Made by a program: the position numbers and the translations under genes. A DNA stretch of 63,680 bases, counting the filler, from Lenisia limosa (lineage: Eukaryota > Protista > Breviatea): assembly GCA_001655205.1 (NCBI GenBank). It is 16 parts of 16 records of this genome, joined end to end, with 100 filler letters (N's around TTAATTAATTAA, not from the genome) between each part and the next. Parts side by side here need not be neighbours in the genome. Positions count along the whole stretch, not along the records: positions 11,058 to 15,625 come from LPNZ01008953.1; positions 15,726 to 20,773 come from LPNZ01008853.1; positions 20,874 to 26,811 come from LPNZ01003815.1; 13 more parts are not named here. The stretch is one strand, 5' to 3'. The notes under the pieces are model-generated. The model did no database searches. It had not been told where the DNA came from and saw only the letters and a list, made by a program, of their open reading frames with translations. The number at the start of each line of letters is the position of its first letter. The stretch's first letter is position 1. Of this stretch, positions 12,123-25,890 are shown piece by piece.

Positions 12123-15100
12123 GTTGTTGTAGCACCGCTTCTTCGTCGCCTTGTGCATCGAGAAACTCAGGAGTTCATTCAAAGTAGGCTGTATTCTTAT
12201 TTTAAGCTGTGACTAGCTCATATAGTCATATTGTCAACTCTTTAGAATGATTCCCTTTTTTCATTTGATTTACTCACAAAGCCACCCTCCGTGAGATGAT
12301 CCGCACATGCGCCAAGAAGAAGAAGTCGCTTCAACTTCCCATTCTCCTTCAGCTCCGATTCCTTGCTGCTGATTGGGCCTCTGTACGTACTTTTCCTGTT
12401 CTTTTCCTTTTTCATTTAACCCGATTAGAATTTACAAGTGTCTATTTTTACAAACTACTTTTTTTTTTGTTTCACAGTGAAGGGAAATGAACCTGCAGAT
12501 CCTGCAGTTTCAGGCCTCAAGGACCCCAAAGTATGCCTTGCCTCATTTGCTTGCTTTTCATGTTTTTCTTTCCTTACATGAAACATTTGCAGGAAGGGTT
12601 CCACACTCATCTCCCCACCCGTGAGACTGGTCCGTCTGAAACACAGCTTTATCTCATTCGCGCTATTGTCCACTCTCTCGCCACTGCCAAGAAAAGCGAC
12701 TTGAAAGGCAGGCGTTCTGCGCATGTAATTGTATTGCTGTTTTTTTCGTTTATAATTTTATTTTTTTTGTAATTCAAGTGTTTTTTAACGTTCAAGGGTC
12801 GCACGTAAAGGAGTTGGATGCCTTTTACAAACGCTCAGTTCACTACAAGTACCTGCTCAACTACATGGGCACGCTTAACGTAAGTTTGTGTACAGCTCTT
12901 AGTGTCTGACCTCTCAGGAGTGTAACGATCTTGGTAACCTGTGGTATAGAGAGTTCTACCTTGAGCTCAGCAAGAGGCTCCAATTCCCAATCGAAATGTC
13001 CCTGCCTTGGATTGTCACCGAGCAGATTGTCTCCAGAAAAACCTCTGCCCTTATGGAGTCGGCTCCGTCTTGATTTTAACACTATATAGATACGTTCTTT
13101 ATCCCCTGGATCTTTACAACGATGCTGCTCATTTGGCGCTCTACAACCTGAAACAGCAGTTCTTGTTCAACGAAATTGAGGTAAAGCAGTTACAACATAT
13201 TATTTTTTTGTTTTGTTTTTAGTCAGATATTTTTTACACCCCAGGCTGAGGTCAACCTGTGCTTTGACCAGTTAATCTTCAAACTATCGGACTCAGTCTT
13301 TGCCGCATACAAGACCAAGGTTGCCGCGCTCCAACTTGACACTCGCTACAAGGTTGGTTGAGACATTCAATTCAAGCTATGCTATCTCATTGGTTTCTGT
13401 ATCGATTGAGCTCTATTCTTCTGATCATCAGCACATGCTTTCTGAAACAGAAACCGGACGGTTCCATCCCGTCAAGTCGCGTTACGAGGTCCTCTTTCAG
13501 CAAAGGCATTTCAACCTATTGGGACGCTCGCTCAACCTCAACCATCTCATTGCCCAGGTCAGTCAACAGATTGATTTTGGTAACTATCCTGACTTACCAC
13601 TCCAGCGTCTGAATACACATATTTCGTCTAATCTTGAGATGGCCCTCAGACGATTTGAAGGAAATGATCTCACCGCGCTCCCCGAGCTTCTGTCTCTGAT
13701 CAACAACATTAAGGCCACACATGCTGAACTTTCCAAGGTGCCATCATTATGTTGCCCTCTTACCACATGTAGCACTTCCAGTTACATCCTTTCGATGATA
13801 TGTGGACTGAAGCAACCGAAAGCTCTTCTGCCACTTCCTATCGGTATGCCCCCACCACCCCCATCCCGTTCTGTCTCTCTTTTCTATGCTCTCACTCCGC
13901 AGTGATCGTATCATTCTTCATTGTATCCCTGAAATGGTGTTTGATCTTCTCCCCAACTTCGCCTACAATAGGTTGGCTACCATCCATATCATTTTCATCT
14001 TATTTAATTACCATTCATTCTCAAGAAGAAACTCTATCTCCCCCCCCCCCCTTTTGTTTTNNNNNNNNNNNNNNNNNNNNNNNNNNNNNNNNNNNNNNNN
14101 NNNNNNNNNNNNNNNNNNNNNNNNNNNNNNNNNNNNNNNNNNNNNNNNNNNNNNNNNNNNNNNNNNNNNNNNNNNNNNNNNNNNNNNNNNNNNNNNNNNN
14201 NNNNNNNNNNNNNNNNNNNNNNNNNNNNNNNNNNNNNNNNNNNNNNNNNNNNNNNNNNNNNATGTACGGCTCCAAAGCCCTCTCAATGGCGTATCATGCT
14301 GCCTTCCAACTAAGACGGTTTGTCATCAAAACAGTTACTATTACAATAGTTTGACCTGCTGACTCGTTGAGAGAATGATTGGCTTTTGTATGTACATACA
14401 GCATGGATAATAAAAAAATTAGCTATCAATGTGCTCGAGCTTTACATACATCACTCTAGATCATACTTCGGTCGTGAGCATATTCAAGCTCTTGTGGAGC
14501 TCTGTGGTCTCCCTGGCCTTTCACTCATCATCAATGAAGTCATGAAGGCGCTCGATTCTCGGTGTGCATAGGGTCTTCTTAATGTGTTTTTCAATTGAAC
14601 GCATGCTGACCTATCAGAGTCGACTCCTCTCTTCTGCCCTACTTTGAGCAGCTTCTCCAAGGAATGCCTGGAAACTCAAAGGTCTGTTATTTAGAACTCT
14701 TTGATGAAGGAAATTGAACTCAATTATTTGACTTGATACTAAAAACTAAATGTTGCAGCTGCCTGCTCATGATTACGGACCAGACGCTTGCAGTGCGTAT
14801 TTCCAGGCCAAACTCAAGCCAATCCTCACATACCCTGAAGTCCGCTCCGGCGTCTTCCAGGTTTGTTGTTGTACATCTATGAGTCTTTGGTTCTGTTTCA
14901 CCATGAATGATTGAGTAGGCACTCCGCGAACTCGGTAACACTATGGCCTTCTGCCAACTTATTGATGCCGAACTTTCTGTTAAGAAGGGTTGCGAGGCAT
15001 ACACAGCAGTGGCATTCAATGGCTCCAAGGTTTGTTGATAGCCGTAATATTTTCTAGCATAACACACCTAACCCTTAGGTGGCAAACGGCCCTGAACCGT

Positions 15101-15625
15101 CGAAGCAGCTGCCGGACATTGTTGATGGCCTTGCCACCGCCATCAAGCAGCTCGGAACCTCACTTGTGCCTTCTGCTGTTGTTGATGGACTCAAGGTTTG
15201 ACTCACCTTTAGTCCTTTTTCTTCTTTGGTATGTTGTAAACAACAAAGCGTACCAAGCTCATTTTTAGGTGCGTGCTGAGAGAGCAATCCAGCAAAGCGC
15301 GTCGAGTGCAGATTCTGGTTTGTTGTCTTACATCGTCACAGATGGTCACAGATCCAGGTGCTACTATTCTGCCGTTCGTCTACAGCCGCATTAAAGACAT
15401 GATTGTGCGTCACAAGGCCAAGTTGGACCCCCCTAGTCCCACTGGTGAGCGTTGATCAGTTTTTTCCTTTTACTGTCTTGTGACATTGGTCCTACGTAAG
15501 ATCTCACCCCCAGGTATCATTTCAATCGAGACCTCGGAACAGTTCTACCGCTTGTGGTCAGCCCTTCTTTTCTTCCTCTGCTCACAGCCTGATGACAACG
15601 ATATGTTCGACTTTGGAGACGGACT
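12123..15625 (+). CDS. CYFIP: CYFIP/Sra-1/PIR121 (WAVE regulatory complex subunit), internal multi-exon fragment with both ends cut off
   Basis: Spliced exons give [96 protein letters not shown] and QFYRLWSAL...FGDG, all hallmark CYFIP motifs. Confidence 0.97.
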
Positions 15626-15725
15626 NNNNNNNNNNNNNNNNNNNNNNNNNNNNNNNNNNNNNNNNNNNNTTAATTAATTAANNNNNNNNNNNNNNNNNNN
15701 NNNNNNNNNNNNNNNNNNNNNNNNN

Positions 15726-18700
15726 AACACCCCTTCATTGGTTGCTTAATTCCCTCTCATGCGCCCAGAACACCCCTTCATTGGTCGGCCTACAACGGCG
15801 ATTCCGAGTTTTGCGATTTCCTTCTTGAGCTCCATGCCGACCCGAACTCACACGACCAAGGCGGCCGCACACCCCTGATATGTGGGCGGGGGGCAAGTTG
15901 TTATACGCTGATATGTGTGTGGGGGTACTTTCTTCCTCTGTTTATAAAATGTACTTCCAATTTTCCACCAGTTTAATTTATCCGAATACTACGATATTCC
16001 CCCCCCCCCCCNNNNNNNNNNNNNNNNNNNNNNNNNNNNNNNNNNNNNNNNNNNNNNNNNNNNNNNNNNNNNNNNNNNNNNNNNNNNNNNNNNNNNNNNN
16101 NNNNNNNNNNNNNNNNNNNNNNNNNNNNNNNNNNNNNNNNNNNNNNNNNNNNNNNNNNNNNNNNNNNNNNNNNNNNNNNNNNNNNNNNNNNNNNNNNNNN
16201 NNNNNNNNNNNNNNNNNNNNNNNNNNNNCGGTTCGGTCAAGGTAGTTGAGAACCTGCTCAAACATGACGCGTCGCCGCTGCTCATCGACAACGAAGGAAT
16301 GCGTGCTGTCGACCACTCCAAATACCACAAGTTCAAAGAGATCACCGTGATCCTTAAGAAGGCCATGCAGAGGGTTGGCGGGGCATTGTATGTCGAAGAG
16401 CATGTTTTATCCTGCAGAGGCTTTTCAAATTCTGCTTTCTTCTGTTCCCCATATTCTTCACCATATTGACTCATACATACTACTTCTTCGCTTCAGTCTT
16501 AACCAACACCTCACATCCGTCCAGATTCGGACGCACTCCTCCCAAGACGGGCCAATTGACATGGAAATGATGTCATCAAGCACCCCGGCTGGAAGTCCTA
16601 GGGTGGGCGAGAGGGGTATTGAAGGCGTTGAATCATTTTCCTCTGTTTAGAACTTCTTGACTGAAATTAGACCAAGTTTTCCTTGTTTTAAAGCAATTTT
16701 TTCCAGTTTGAGATCATCTTTCCCCTCTTTCCCCTGTTTAACGTTTAACGAACTCCAGAGCCGGGTTGATCCGTCGGATGAAATTTGNNNNNNNNNNNNN
16801 NNNNNNNNNNNNNNNNNNNNNNNNNNNNNNNNNNNNNNNNNNNNNNNNNNNNNNNNNNNNNNNNNNNNNNNNNNCTTTATTGTTATCTAGAGCCTCACTT
16901 CGGATCAAAAAAGACCGGTAAAATATCGATAGTTTTCGACCATTTATCTATAAATCTTTTCGAACCGAAGGGAAGCCTTAGTCATCTCATATTAGAAAAA
17001 GATCTGGACTAGAGCTTCATTTCATTTTCAACGGGGGATAGCGCTGTATGTATTTTGCGGGTCCCGCCACTTTTTGGGACGAAAGATTGCATGTCTTATT
17101 GCTCAGGAAAGGGACGCGGCAATTGAAGAGCTGCAGCAGACAAAAGCCATGATGTTGAGAGCTCAGGTGGGTGGCATTAGAACAAATAGACGGCCAATAA
17201 GGATATTTCATAGCCTTTGGCTTCAAAGAGAGCGAACAGTGGTTTGGAATCCATATCATCAAAATTGTAGGTACATTACTGATGGTGGTGGTGATAATGC
17301 AATCATGTGGTGGCTGTCATGCCATTTTGGGTTTTCATGAAGTAGTGCAGATTTGACCTTTTCAGAAGCAGATCTCAGTGACATCGGACGAAAGTGACCA
17401 GAAAACACTGTGGGGCTTTATTTCGTCTGTAGATGACAAGAATGAATATAATATGAGATCCAAAAAAAATAAATAATAATATTGGGATACCATAAACAAA
17501 TATTAGCATACACTGACCTTTCAGTGAGCTGATGGCAGAGCTTGAGGGTTTCAAGGGGGACGCGCATGAACTGCGCATTGTCGTGGAGGAATTGGTGGGT
17601 GGTATTATTCGTTTTTTTAATACCCCTTTTCGATTCTCAACACAGTTAGTTCTTTTCTTTTGTATTTCAATTCTCAACACAGTTCTTTTCTTTTGTCTGT
17701 TCTCCTGAGTTTACCAGATTTACAGAGTTGATTTGGGCTTTTTTGTTTCATAAATTTTCCAATTAACCCCCCAAGAAACGCAGCAACGCCGAATGGGCAC
17801 GAAAAGATGCGCGCGCGCGTTTGTGGTCTGGCAGCTCCTCAATATCGAAACAGGTGGGCGGATGGAGCGGATTTTGATGACATTGAAGGCTGGAATGATT
17901 TGCATAAATTCTACCTGTTTGTCTAATTATTCACTCTGATTATCACCCCAAGTACCTCTGTTATTGCCTGTAACTTTTGATACACTATTTTGCCTCATAT
18001 TTAACTTTCCTCATCTCATGCTTTGAACCTCATATTTTACTGTAACTGTGATACATGGTGACCGGGATAAGTCTTGACCTATTTTCCATGATATACACAG
18101 TGACCAACATAAGTCTTGACCTATTTTCCATGGGAAATCATTTAGCAAATCGGTGAAGACTTATCCCATGTGCCTCGTATTTGACATTTCAGGCGTCATC
18201 CAATGGAGAAGAGGACCCTGTTGTTCTCCGTTCCAAGGTTGGAGGCTATGTTTACCCCTTCTCTACTCCCTGCTACTCCAATGCTCTTCCACTCCCTGCT
18301 ACTCCAATGCTCTTCCACTCCCTGCTACTCCAATGCTATTCCACTTCCTGCTACTCCAATGCTATTCCACTTCCTGCTACTCCAATGCTATTCCACTTCC
18401 TGCTAATGCTATTCCACTCCCTGCTACTCCAATGCTATTCTGATTTTCTTACTCTGAACTCCTTTCTCTATTGTACTGTATGATTTAATTGCTCTTCTCA
18501 TACCCCGCGCAGATTACACAGCTTCAGCACAAGTTGGCTTCTGCGGTGCAATCAAGGGAGAAAACCGAGAGAGAGCTTGAGGATATTAAGGTGGGGGACG
18601 GGGCACTGGGAGCAGAACAATATGGTTGATGAGTCGTCTCCTTTTCTTCCGATTGTGGTAACTTCCTCATTTGGTAACTTCATAGATGGCGTCACGAAGC

Positions 18701-20341
18701 TCCTCACAGTCCCTTACCCACCGATCCACAAGCGGACGAGATAGCCGGGCCAGCCAGGGCAGTCTCGGAGGAATTCCTATTGAGCAGTCCAGCCAAGCGC
18801 AGGAGGAGAAGTACATAGCCCTTACGAAGAAGGTTGGTGGTGCTCTTTTGGAAGTTGTCTTGGTTGCTGCAAATCTTGATATAGACTATTTTTTTTGGTA
18901 TGTATAAAACCTCATCTGTGTTCGAAGTGTTTAACCAACGTCTTTATTATTCTTTTTCTTCCTTTGTCCCCATTGCTACCCCTCCCCTCTCCCCGTTTTT
19001 TTTTGTAAACGTATATTTAAAAAGGCGAATCGAAACTATAAGCAATAAAGGAGGACAAGACAGTTTAGTACACTGGAGTGATGGGATTGGCCTTGTTTGT
19101 TTGCCTTTTTCAACCATCGTGTGTTGTCAGTCAACAGAGTTGATTTGGGTTTTTTTTCTCCTCATAAAATTTTCAATTTTACCCCCCCCCCCCACCACCC
19201 AGGTGGCCCACCTTGAAGCCAGACTTGCCTCCGAAATCGCCTCAAGAGAGCGCCTCATTGCTGAGGAGACTGAAAAGGTGCACGCGGCGGCGGTGGTTGT
19301 ATTAGGGCTTCACTTCGGTTCGGAAAATACCTGTAAAATATCGAAAATTTTCGAAGACTCATCGAGATATTCGGTCTTTTTTTCGAACCGAAGTGAAGTC
19401 CGGTGGTATTTTAGATTTTGGACTGTATATGAGTTTTTAAAACACATACAATATTTTAGGCTGTTTTTGTGTTATAGATTTTTGTTTGTTACAGTTTAGA
19501 TTGAGGCAGAGGCAGAGGAGGAAATGATGCTGATTAAGAAGGAGATGGAGTATGAGCGGACGCACATCAATTATGAGGTTGGCGCGTGTATCATTAGTCG
19601 AGATGAAGACAATTGTTATATCATTTAGGGATACCATAAACATGGGGATACAATAAACATAATACCTACCAAGAGAGCATCTCTTTTGCATCTTGGAGTA
19701 TCAACAATGCCTTTTCGATAACTTCGAAAATATTTGTTAATTTACTACAGAGTCCCATATTGTTGGCCGTTTTCATAGATTTAGGAGGCCTCGGAGGCCT
19801 TGGAGGAGCTAGAGGCGCTGAGGACGGAACTTGCCTCGACCAAGGAGGAAAACTCGACCATGTCAGACCAGCTGCAGATCCTGACTGCTGAGAGGGACCT
19901 GGCTTTGAGCAGAAACGAGGAAGTGGGAGGGAGGGACTTGGCTTTGAGCAGAAACGAGGAAGTGGGAGAGAGGGACTTGGCTTTGAGCGGAAACGAGGAA
20001 GTGGGAGGGAGGGACTTGGCTTTGAGCGGAAACGAGGAAGTGGGAGGGAGGGCTTCCTACGCTTCCAAAAAAGACAAGTAAAATATCGATATTTATCGAG
20101 GTTTCCATTTGTACGGTGGAATTATTGATTTGTTTGTTTTGTTGTTTATCAACTCTCATGTGTTGTCAGCCAACAGAGTTGATCGGGCTAAATTTCCTTC
20201 GTTTTACCCTGCCCTCCGCAGATGGAGAAGGAACTTGATAAGGGCAAACTGTCACTCTTGGAAGCCTCTCTTGCTAAGGCAAAGGACGAAAACACCACTC
20301 TCCGATCCAACCACATCGCTAACCTCAAGAAGCAGTCAGAG
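15726..20341 (+). CDS. Ankyrin-repeat + long coiled-coil protein (ankycorbin/UACA-like architecture), partial
   Basis: RTPLHWSAYNGDSEFCDFLLELHADPNSHDQGGRTPLI and GSVKVVENLLKHDASPL, followed by many short heptad exons (ITQLQHKLAS, VAHLEARLASEIASRERL, LEELEALRTELASTKEE, MEKELDKGKLSLLEASL). Confidence 0.8.
16888..16980. mobile_element. hAT-type MITE copy (intronic)
   Basis: TAGAGCCTCACTTCGGATCAAAAAAGAC...CGAACCGAAGGGAAGCCTTA. Confidence 0.8.
18265..18437. repeat. 26-bp intronic minisatellite (CTGCTACTCCAATGCTCTTCCACTCC), ~6.5 copies
   Basis: Period read directly; it explains the three overlapping open frames in the ORF track. Confidence 0.9.
19303..19400. mobile_element. hAT-type MITE copy (intronic)
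   Basis: TAGGGCTTCACTTCGGTTCGG...CGAACCGAAGTGAAGTCC; flanks GGTTGTAT/GGTGGTAT. Confidence 0.85.
19890..20052 (+). repeat. 39-bp in-frame tandem repeat (ERDLALSRNEEVG x4) spanning an exon/intron donor
   Basis: GAA|GTGGGA recurs at 19923, 19962, 20001 and 20040. Confidence 0.9.
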
Positions 20342-20873
20342 GTATGCTGGGTTCAATTCCTGACTGTTCCGTTTTTTTTTCCTTATAAAAAAATTCTAAA
20401 CAAAACTATGTGTGAGCGACTTGTAAATCCATTCAACTCCACCCCACCCCCCTCNNNNNNNNNNNNNNNNNNNNNNNNNNNNNNNNNNNNNNNNNNNNNN
20501 NNNNNNNNNNNNNNNNNNNNNNNNNNNNNNNNNNNNNNNNNNNNNNNNNNNNNNNNNNNNNGAGACTGTTAATTCACAGAAGGTGGAGAGGTTTACATAA
20601 GTTTCTTGCAAATAATAGTTTTCCTTATTAGGCAAGTGATGGTGTTTTTGTGGCATTTTATTGATTATATTATAGTCGGAAATTGCCGCACTCAAAACGA
20701 AGGTCAAGAACTTGTCGTCCTCCCGTTCTACTTTGGTGGGTCTTGGAAGGTCTTGGAACCCATCAACTGATTTNNNNNNNNNNNNNNNNNNNNNNNNNNN
20801 NNNNNNNNNNNNNNNNNTTAATTAATTAANNNNNNNNNNNNNNNNNNNNNNNNNNNNNNNNNNNNNNNNNNNN

Positions 20874-21505
20874 ACAAACCAGAAGCTTGAAGAGGTCAGA
20901 GTGGTCCTTGACAAAGCGAGTAGCCCACTTGGCTTAGAACGCAACATCTTTTTCGGTGGACTTCAGAACGAGTTCAGAAGCCTGTAATTGTTACTGGATT
21001 CTCAACATACCGCATTGCAAAAATAAAGAATATTGTAGTCTGTTACTGTGTTCAGACAAAAAAAAAAATCGCATCACCAAGACAATATAATACCCCTTCA
21101 AACTTTGTGACGAAGAATTTTCATTGAGGGGGGACGGCGGCAGAACTGTTCTTCACCAATCCAAGAGATCAGGGGGCCAAGGAGACCTTCAGGGAGCTTA
21201 GTGTTTCTGCCACCCTTTGAGCTGCCAATAATGATATTTTCAGTGTTAGCTTTACAGAGCCGGCTGATGGTGGGCTGGGGGATGCCTGTAGCGAAAGAGA
21301 GAGAGCGCTGAGAATAACGGACTCCTTGTGCGGAGGCCTCCTTTTGAAGGAAATCAACCTTCTCCTGAGTAGAAAGAGCTTCAAAGCCTTGAATATGGCG
21401 CTTGACACGCTTGAGGACCTCTCCTTCTTCACGAACCTTTTCAGAGAATTGATGCTTCTTAGCTCTAGGGGCTACCATGTTATAAATACACAAATTTACC
21501 AACAA
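20874..21505 (-). pseudogene. pogo-family transposase copy 2, N-terminal HTH part; the rest is lost at the contig end
   Basis: ORF FEALSTQEKV...TGIPQPTISRL...GGRNTKLPEGLLGPLISWIGEEQ...MKILRHK, intron 20982-21103, then ASELVLK..*AKWATRFVKDH with an in-frame TAA; homologous to copy 1. Confidence 0.8.
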
Positions 21506-22747
21506 TGAAAGGACTTTGAGGAAAAATGAAAAACTTTTTCAATTTCAATATTCGTGAACGCAATTGCGTCGGGGCGCATTCACCAAATTCAAAAACTTCT
21601 CATTTCTCTAGGTAATCATCCATACTTTGACTTTTTTCCGTACAAACATTTATTTGTCACCTGTGTCATTTATTTAACTACACAAANNNNNNNNNNNNNN
21701 NNNNNNNNNNNNNNNNNNNNNNNNNNNNNNNNNNNNNNNNNNNNNNNNNNNNNNNNNNNNNNNNNNNNNNNNNNNNNNNNNNNNNNNNNNNNNNNNNNNN
21801 NNNNNNNNNNNNNNNNNNNNNNNNNNNNNNNNNNGTCCCGTGATACATGTTTTGTCCCATCACATATCAGATAATATATACTATATCATATCATATTTAC
21901 ATATATATAATACGGTATCAATATGAACCGTATATCATATGATATACTATATATGATATATACTAGTTGCTATATGTCACACCTCATAAAAATAACATTG
22001 AATGTCCATTGTCTTTTGGTCTGGATAATACTTCAGTTTGTTTTATTTTTCTGATTTTCAAAAATTTCTCAAAATAAAATCCAATCAATTACAAATTCGC
22101 AATTATTTCGAGAAACTACGTTTCCAGGAAAAATAAATGTTACAAAGTAATTTTTTTCAACAGATGTTGGCATAGAGCAAAAGAAAGCAATGCAATTATT
22201 CACTCTGTCACAAAAGGATGCAGAAATCAAAGGTACAATAACTCAATTCCGTACTAATATGCCAGCTAAGATGTCTACAATTTATTGTCAAGAAGCGCAA
22301 ACCTTTTTTGGGGAGACATTACAATGTGATTGTTGTGTCGGTTTCTAGATTAAGTAAACCGCATAACTAACAAGATTCACCTCCACTTCCAGCCATATCA
22401 TGCAGGGAAAATCTATGAATACGTTATGACGACTATCGCTTACCTATTATCCCACAATAACTTAATCCTTGAGATATGTAGTATTGTTTTATGATATTTA
22501 TATAGTTAAAACCGCGAACATGATTTGAAAAAAAAAGTAGGCTTTTCTTTCAATTTTTGACCCAATACGCCCTTCTTTTCCCCTCTTTCATATTTTTTGC
22601 AAATTATCGCCCGAAACACTCCTTTATACAAGGTTTTATTCAAAAAATAGGCAGGAGTATCAATACACATGCAAAATACTACCTTCATGACCCTTCAATA
22701 TTTCATGCAAAATACAATAAAAACATGGATTATAGGCCTAAAATCGA

Positions 22748-23305
22748 CCCTGTGATAAAGTAAAGACGTTCTTGCACCAACAGTTTTGAATTTTATAACT
22801 CTTGAGCAACCTAGAGGCATATACTACATGTAAGTATAGAAAAAGAGACAAATTGGCCAAAAATGGGCAAAAATATGATAGATGTTAATAAACCAATCTA
22901 ATTTGACTGTCACCTTTTGTGCTGTTCCAGAATGATAAATGGGTTACTGACGCAGCATATACTTTAATCAGACGTCTATTTTGTCCATTGGTTCCATTAT
23001 ATAGCCTGAACAAGGAAAATTCTTGTAAAATCCGTACAAAAGTTGACTTAAGATCCGAATTCTCCTTAAAAATCTGCGTCTATTGTGGGGCACTTTTATT
23101 GGCTCAAAATGCTGTTTCTGAAAGAGGGGGTTTTCAAAAAACATTTTGGCGTAAAGGAAACTGGGTGACTCCAGCCTGGTTCGATTCTGATCAAAAGATA
23201 TTTTTTTAAAAAATTTTACCTCTTTTTGGTCAAAATTGCTTTGTTTGATGTTATTGATAGTCTAGTGCTCAAAACTGCCGAATTTCACACAAAAAAGGGT
23301 GCAAA
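22748..23305. repeat. ~550-bp diverged direct repeat, copy A (copy B at 25339-25890)
   Basis: Colinear blocks CCTGTGATAAAGxAAAGACGTTCTTGCA, CAGACGTCTATTTxGTCCATTG, GCTCAAAATGCTGTT and AAAGGAAACTGGGT in both copies. Confidence 0.85.
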
Positions 23306-24473
23306 AGATGACTCTAAGCGTCAGATTTCAAGAACTTTTCGTGATACTTGGCAACACTCTCTAAAGTTGCAGTGTTTTTTGCTATCATTAGGCTCAATTG
23401 AACAATAAAGTGTACAAATAAATCAGCTGATCTTAAGATTTTGCTGTGCTAAATTTATGCCTCTCTTCCTTCTTTTTGGGCGTATCTTTTGGCTTAGATT
23501 ATATTTTGATGAGGAAATTAACCTTTTTCAGGATCTTCCCGTAAGGTCTCTGTCAACGGCTGAATGATCTCCTTAGACCTGTCTGCTTTCTGCCTTCTTA
23601 AGGAGCTTCTTGGGGAATGGTTTTTGATAAAAATGTTTAAAATGGTAATTTTTGCTGTGTGGTGTCGCTCTGTCTACTAAATGCATTTCTGAACTCAAAT
23701 TATTACGTATTTCCAATTATTGCTAATATTTCTTGCCCATATGGTTCAAAACTGTTATATTTGAGAGAAAACACAAGGGAAACGCTTATTTAGAGAAGAG
23801 AAAAATATGGCAAATGTCACATTTATATGACAAATCTCATATTTTAGATGAAATAATGCCATATTTTTCTAAAAACAACGTCATATTAATTTGAAAAAAA
23901 GTCATATTTATATGACAATTACCATATTTGGGCCTCATATGCGTCATATTTTTGACATTCCGATGACTTGTCACCAAAGTTTCCTTTCTTTCCCCCTCCC
24001 TTATTACCCCCCTGTCCCCCTTGTCCCGTAAAGGATCATGATATTTGCATAAAATATGATATTTATTTAAAAATATGGTCGTTATGAAAAAATATGACGA
24101 ATTTCCCGAACAATATGACATTTCCAATTTCCCAAGGGTGCCTTCACCTGCGGAGGCTGTCGCCGCGAGGCCGCCAAAGAAGTAAAGGTTGAACACTATT
24201 TACCCTTATAGCTCGATTCGCTCATTGACCCCTCCCCCCAGCAGAAATTGTTTTACCTATACTATCCCCCCCTCCCCCAAAACAAAAGACATGCTCCCAT
24301 GGCCCTTTACAGTTAGGGAAGGAGGTGAGCCGGTTAATAACATGGATAATATGAATAACAATGCCACCCCTTCTGTCTTCCACCCAAAATAGGAATGCAA
24401 GCAGAATGTTTGGGTTATTCACAAGACACAATGCAACCCCCAAACATGATAGCTCAAGACCGGTATGGATATA

Positions 24474-25033
24474 CAGTGTGCAGCAAAATTATTGCGCCGT
24501 TTTGCTTTTTCCATAACTTGTCACTTTATATATTTTTTTTATTTTTATTTTGGGGGGGGGGGGGTTAAAAAAAAAAGGANNNNNNNNNNNNNNNNNNNNN
24601 NNNNNNNNNNNNNNNNNNNNNNNNNNNNNNNNNNNNNNNNNNNNNNNNNNNNNNNNNNACATCGCTTTTAAATAACACTTTTTAGGAAATCACCTCAAAA
24701 TATAAAAAACCAAAATATTGAGAAATTAAAGTGTAATTTTGTCCCATCGTTCAACAAGATTACTACCAAAGCACCCAAGGTTTGATTTAGTCGGAGTAGC
24801 CATATTTGTACGATTTATTTGGAATCCAACTTTTAAATCCTCCCCTGGGTTGCCCAATCCCAAGATTTAAACCCAATTGAACATCTTCGGCAACATGATT
24901 CCGGACCAAAATCGAAGCACTAAAAGCTGAATGGAACACCTTTCCAGTGGGTGGGCTTCGCAAATTAATTGAATCAATGCCTGCTGGATGTGCAGCCGTT
25001 ATTCAAGCAAAGGGAGGACTAACTAAGTACTAA
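24474..25033 (+). mobile_element. Tc1 (DDE_3) transposon relic, internally deleted
   Basis: TA|CAGTGTGCAGCAAAATTATTG resembles a Tc1 left TIR; 24846-25033 encodes WVAQSQDLNPIEHL and LIESMPAGCAAVIQAKGGLTKY*, the canonical Tc1 C-terminus. No right TIR was found. Confidence 0.85.
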
Positions 25034-25338
25034 TTCTTGTATAAAATATATAAATCATATACTATGTAGTATTAAATCAGCACAAGAACCTTTTTATATC
25101 AGAACATCACGAACGTGATTTCGCACTCTATCGTGAATATGGGTGCTTCGCTCCTGACTACGAGAAAACCTGAGAACTGCCGCGAACCTCTTCGTGCTGC
25201 CCTTGAGGTTAGTCACTTTGTTTTGTTTTTTGCTTCCAATATAATGTTGTCCTCCCCCTTTTACAACTGGGATAAAATCTGACACTCAAGCTTCTCGCTT
25301 TCCGCCAGAAGAAGCTGTTCTCCCTGCCGAAAAGCATC

Positions 25339-25890
25339 CCTGTGATAAAGCAAAGACGTTCTTGCATCAATTTTACCACTCGTGAGCAACCTAGTAACAT
25401 AAGTAGAGAAAACGAGACAAATTGGGCAAAAATGAGAGTATTTTACCCTAAAATGGGCAAAAATTTGATAGAAGATGTTAATTAATCAAGCTAAATTTAC
25501 TCACTTTTTGTGCCGTTCCAGAGCGGTAAATGGGTGACTGACACAGCATCTGCTTGAAACAGACGTCTATTTCGTCCATTGACTCCAATATATAGAGACC
25601 AAAAGTATATTCAAATATCTCAAAAACACTACATTTTCTCCAAAAATGGACTTCAGATTCTAATTCTCCTTAAAAATCTGCCTTTCTATTGTGGACACTT
25701 TAATATGCTCAAAATGCTGTTATTCTGAAAGAGGGTTTTCAAACAATTTTGGTAAAAGGAAACTGGGTCACCCCGGCCGGGTTCGACTGATCAAAATACC
25801 TTTTTTCGATTTTTTTATCTTCTTTTTGGTAAAAATTGTTTTCTTTTGATGTTATTGGTAACTACAGAATTTCACACTAAAAAGGGTGTC
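25339..25890. repeat. ~550-bp diverged direct repeat, copy B
   Basis: See 22748-23305. Confidence 0.85.

Noticed and set aside
18153-18483. Three overlapping ORFs as a real gene
   Set aside because: They arise from the stop-free 26-bp minisatellite cycling through frames inside an intron.
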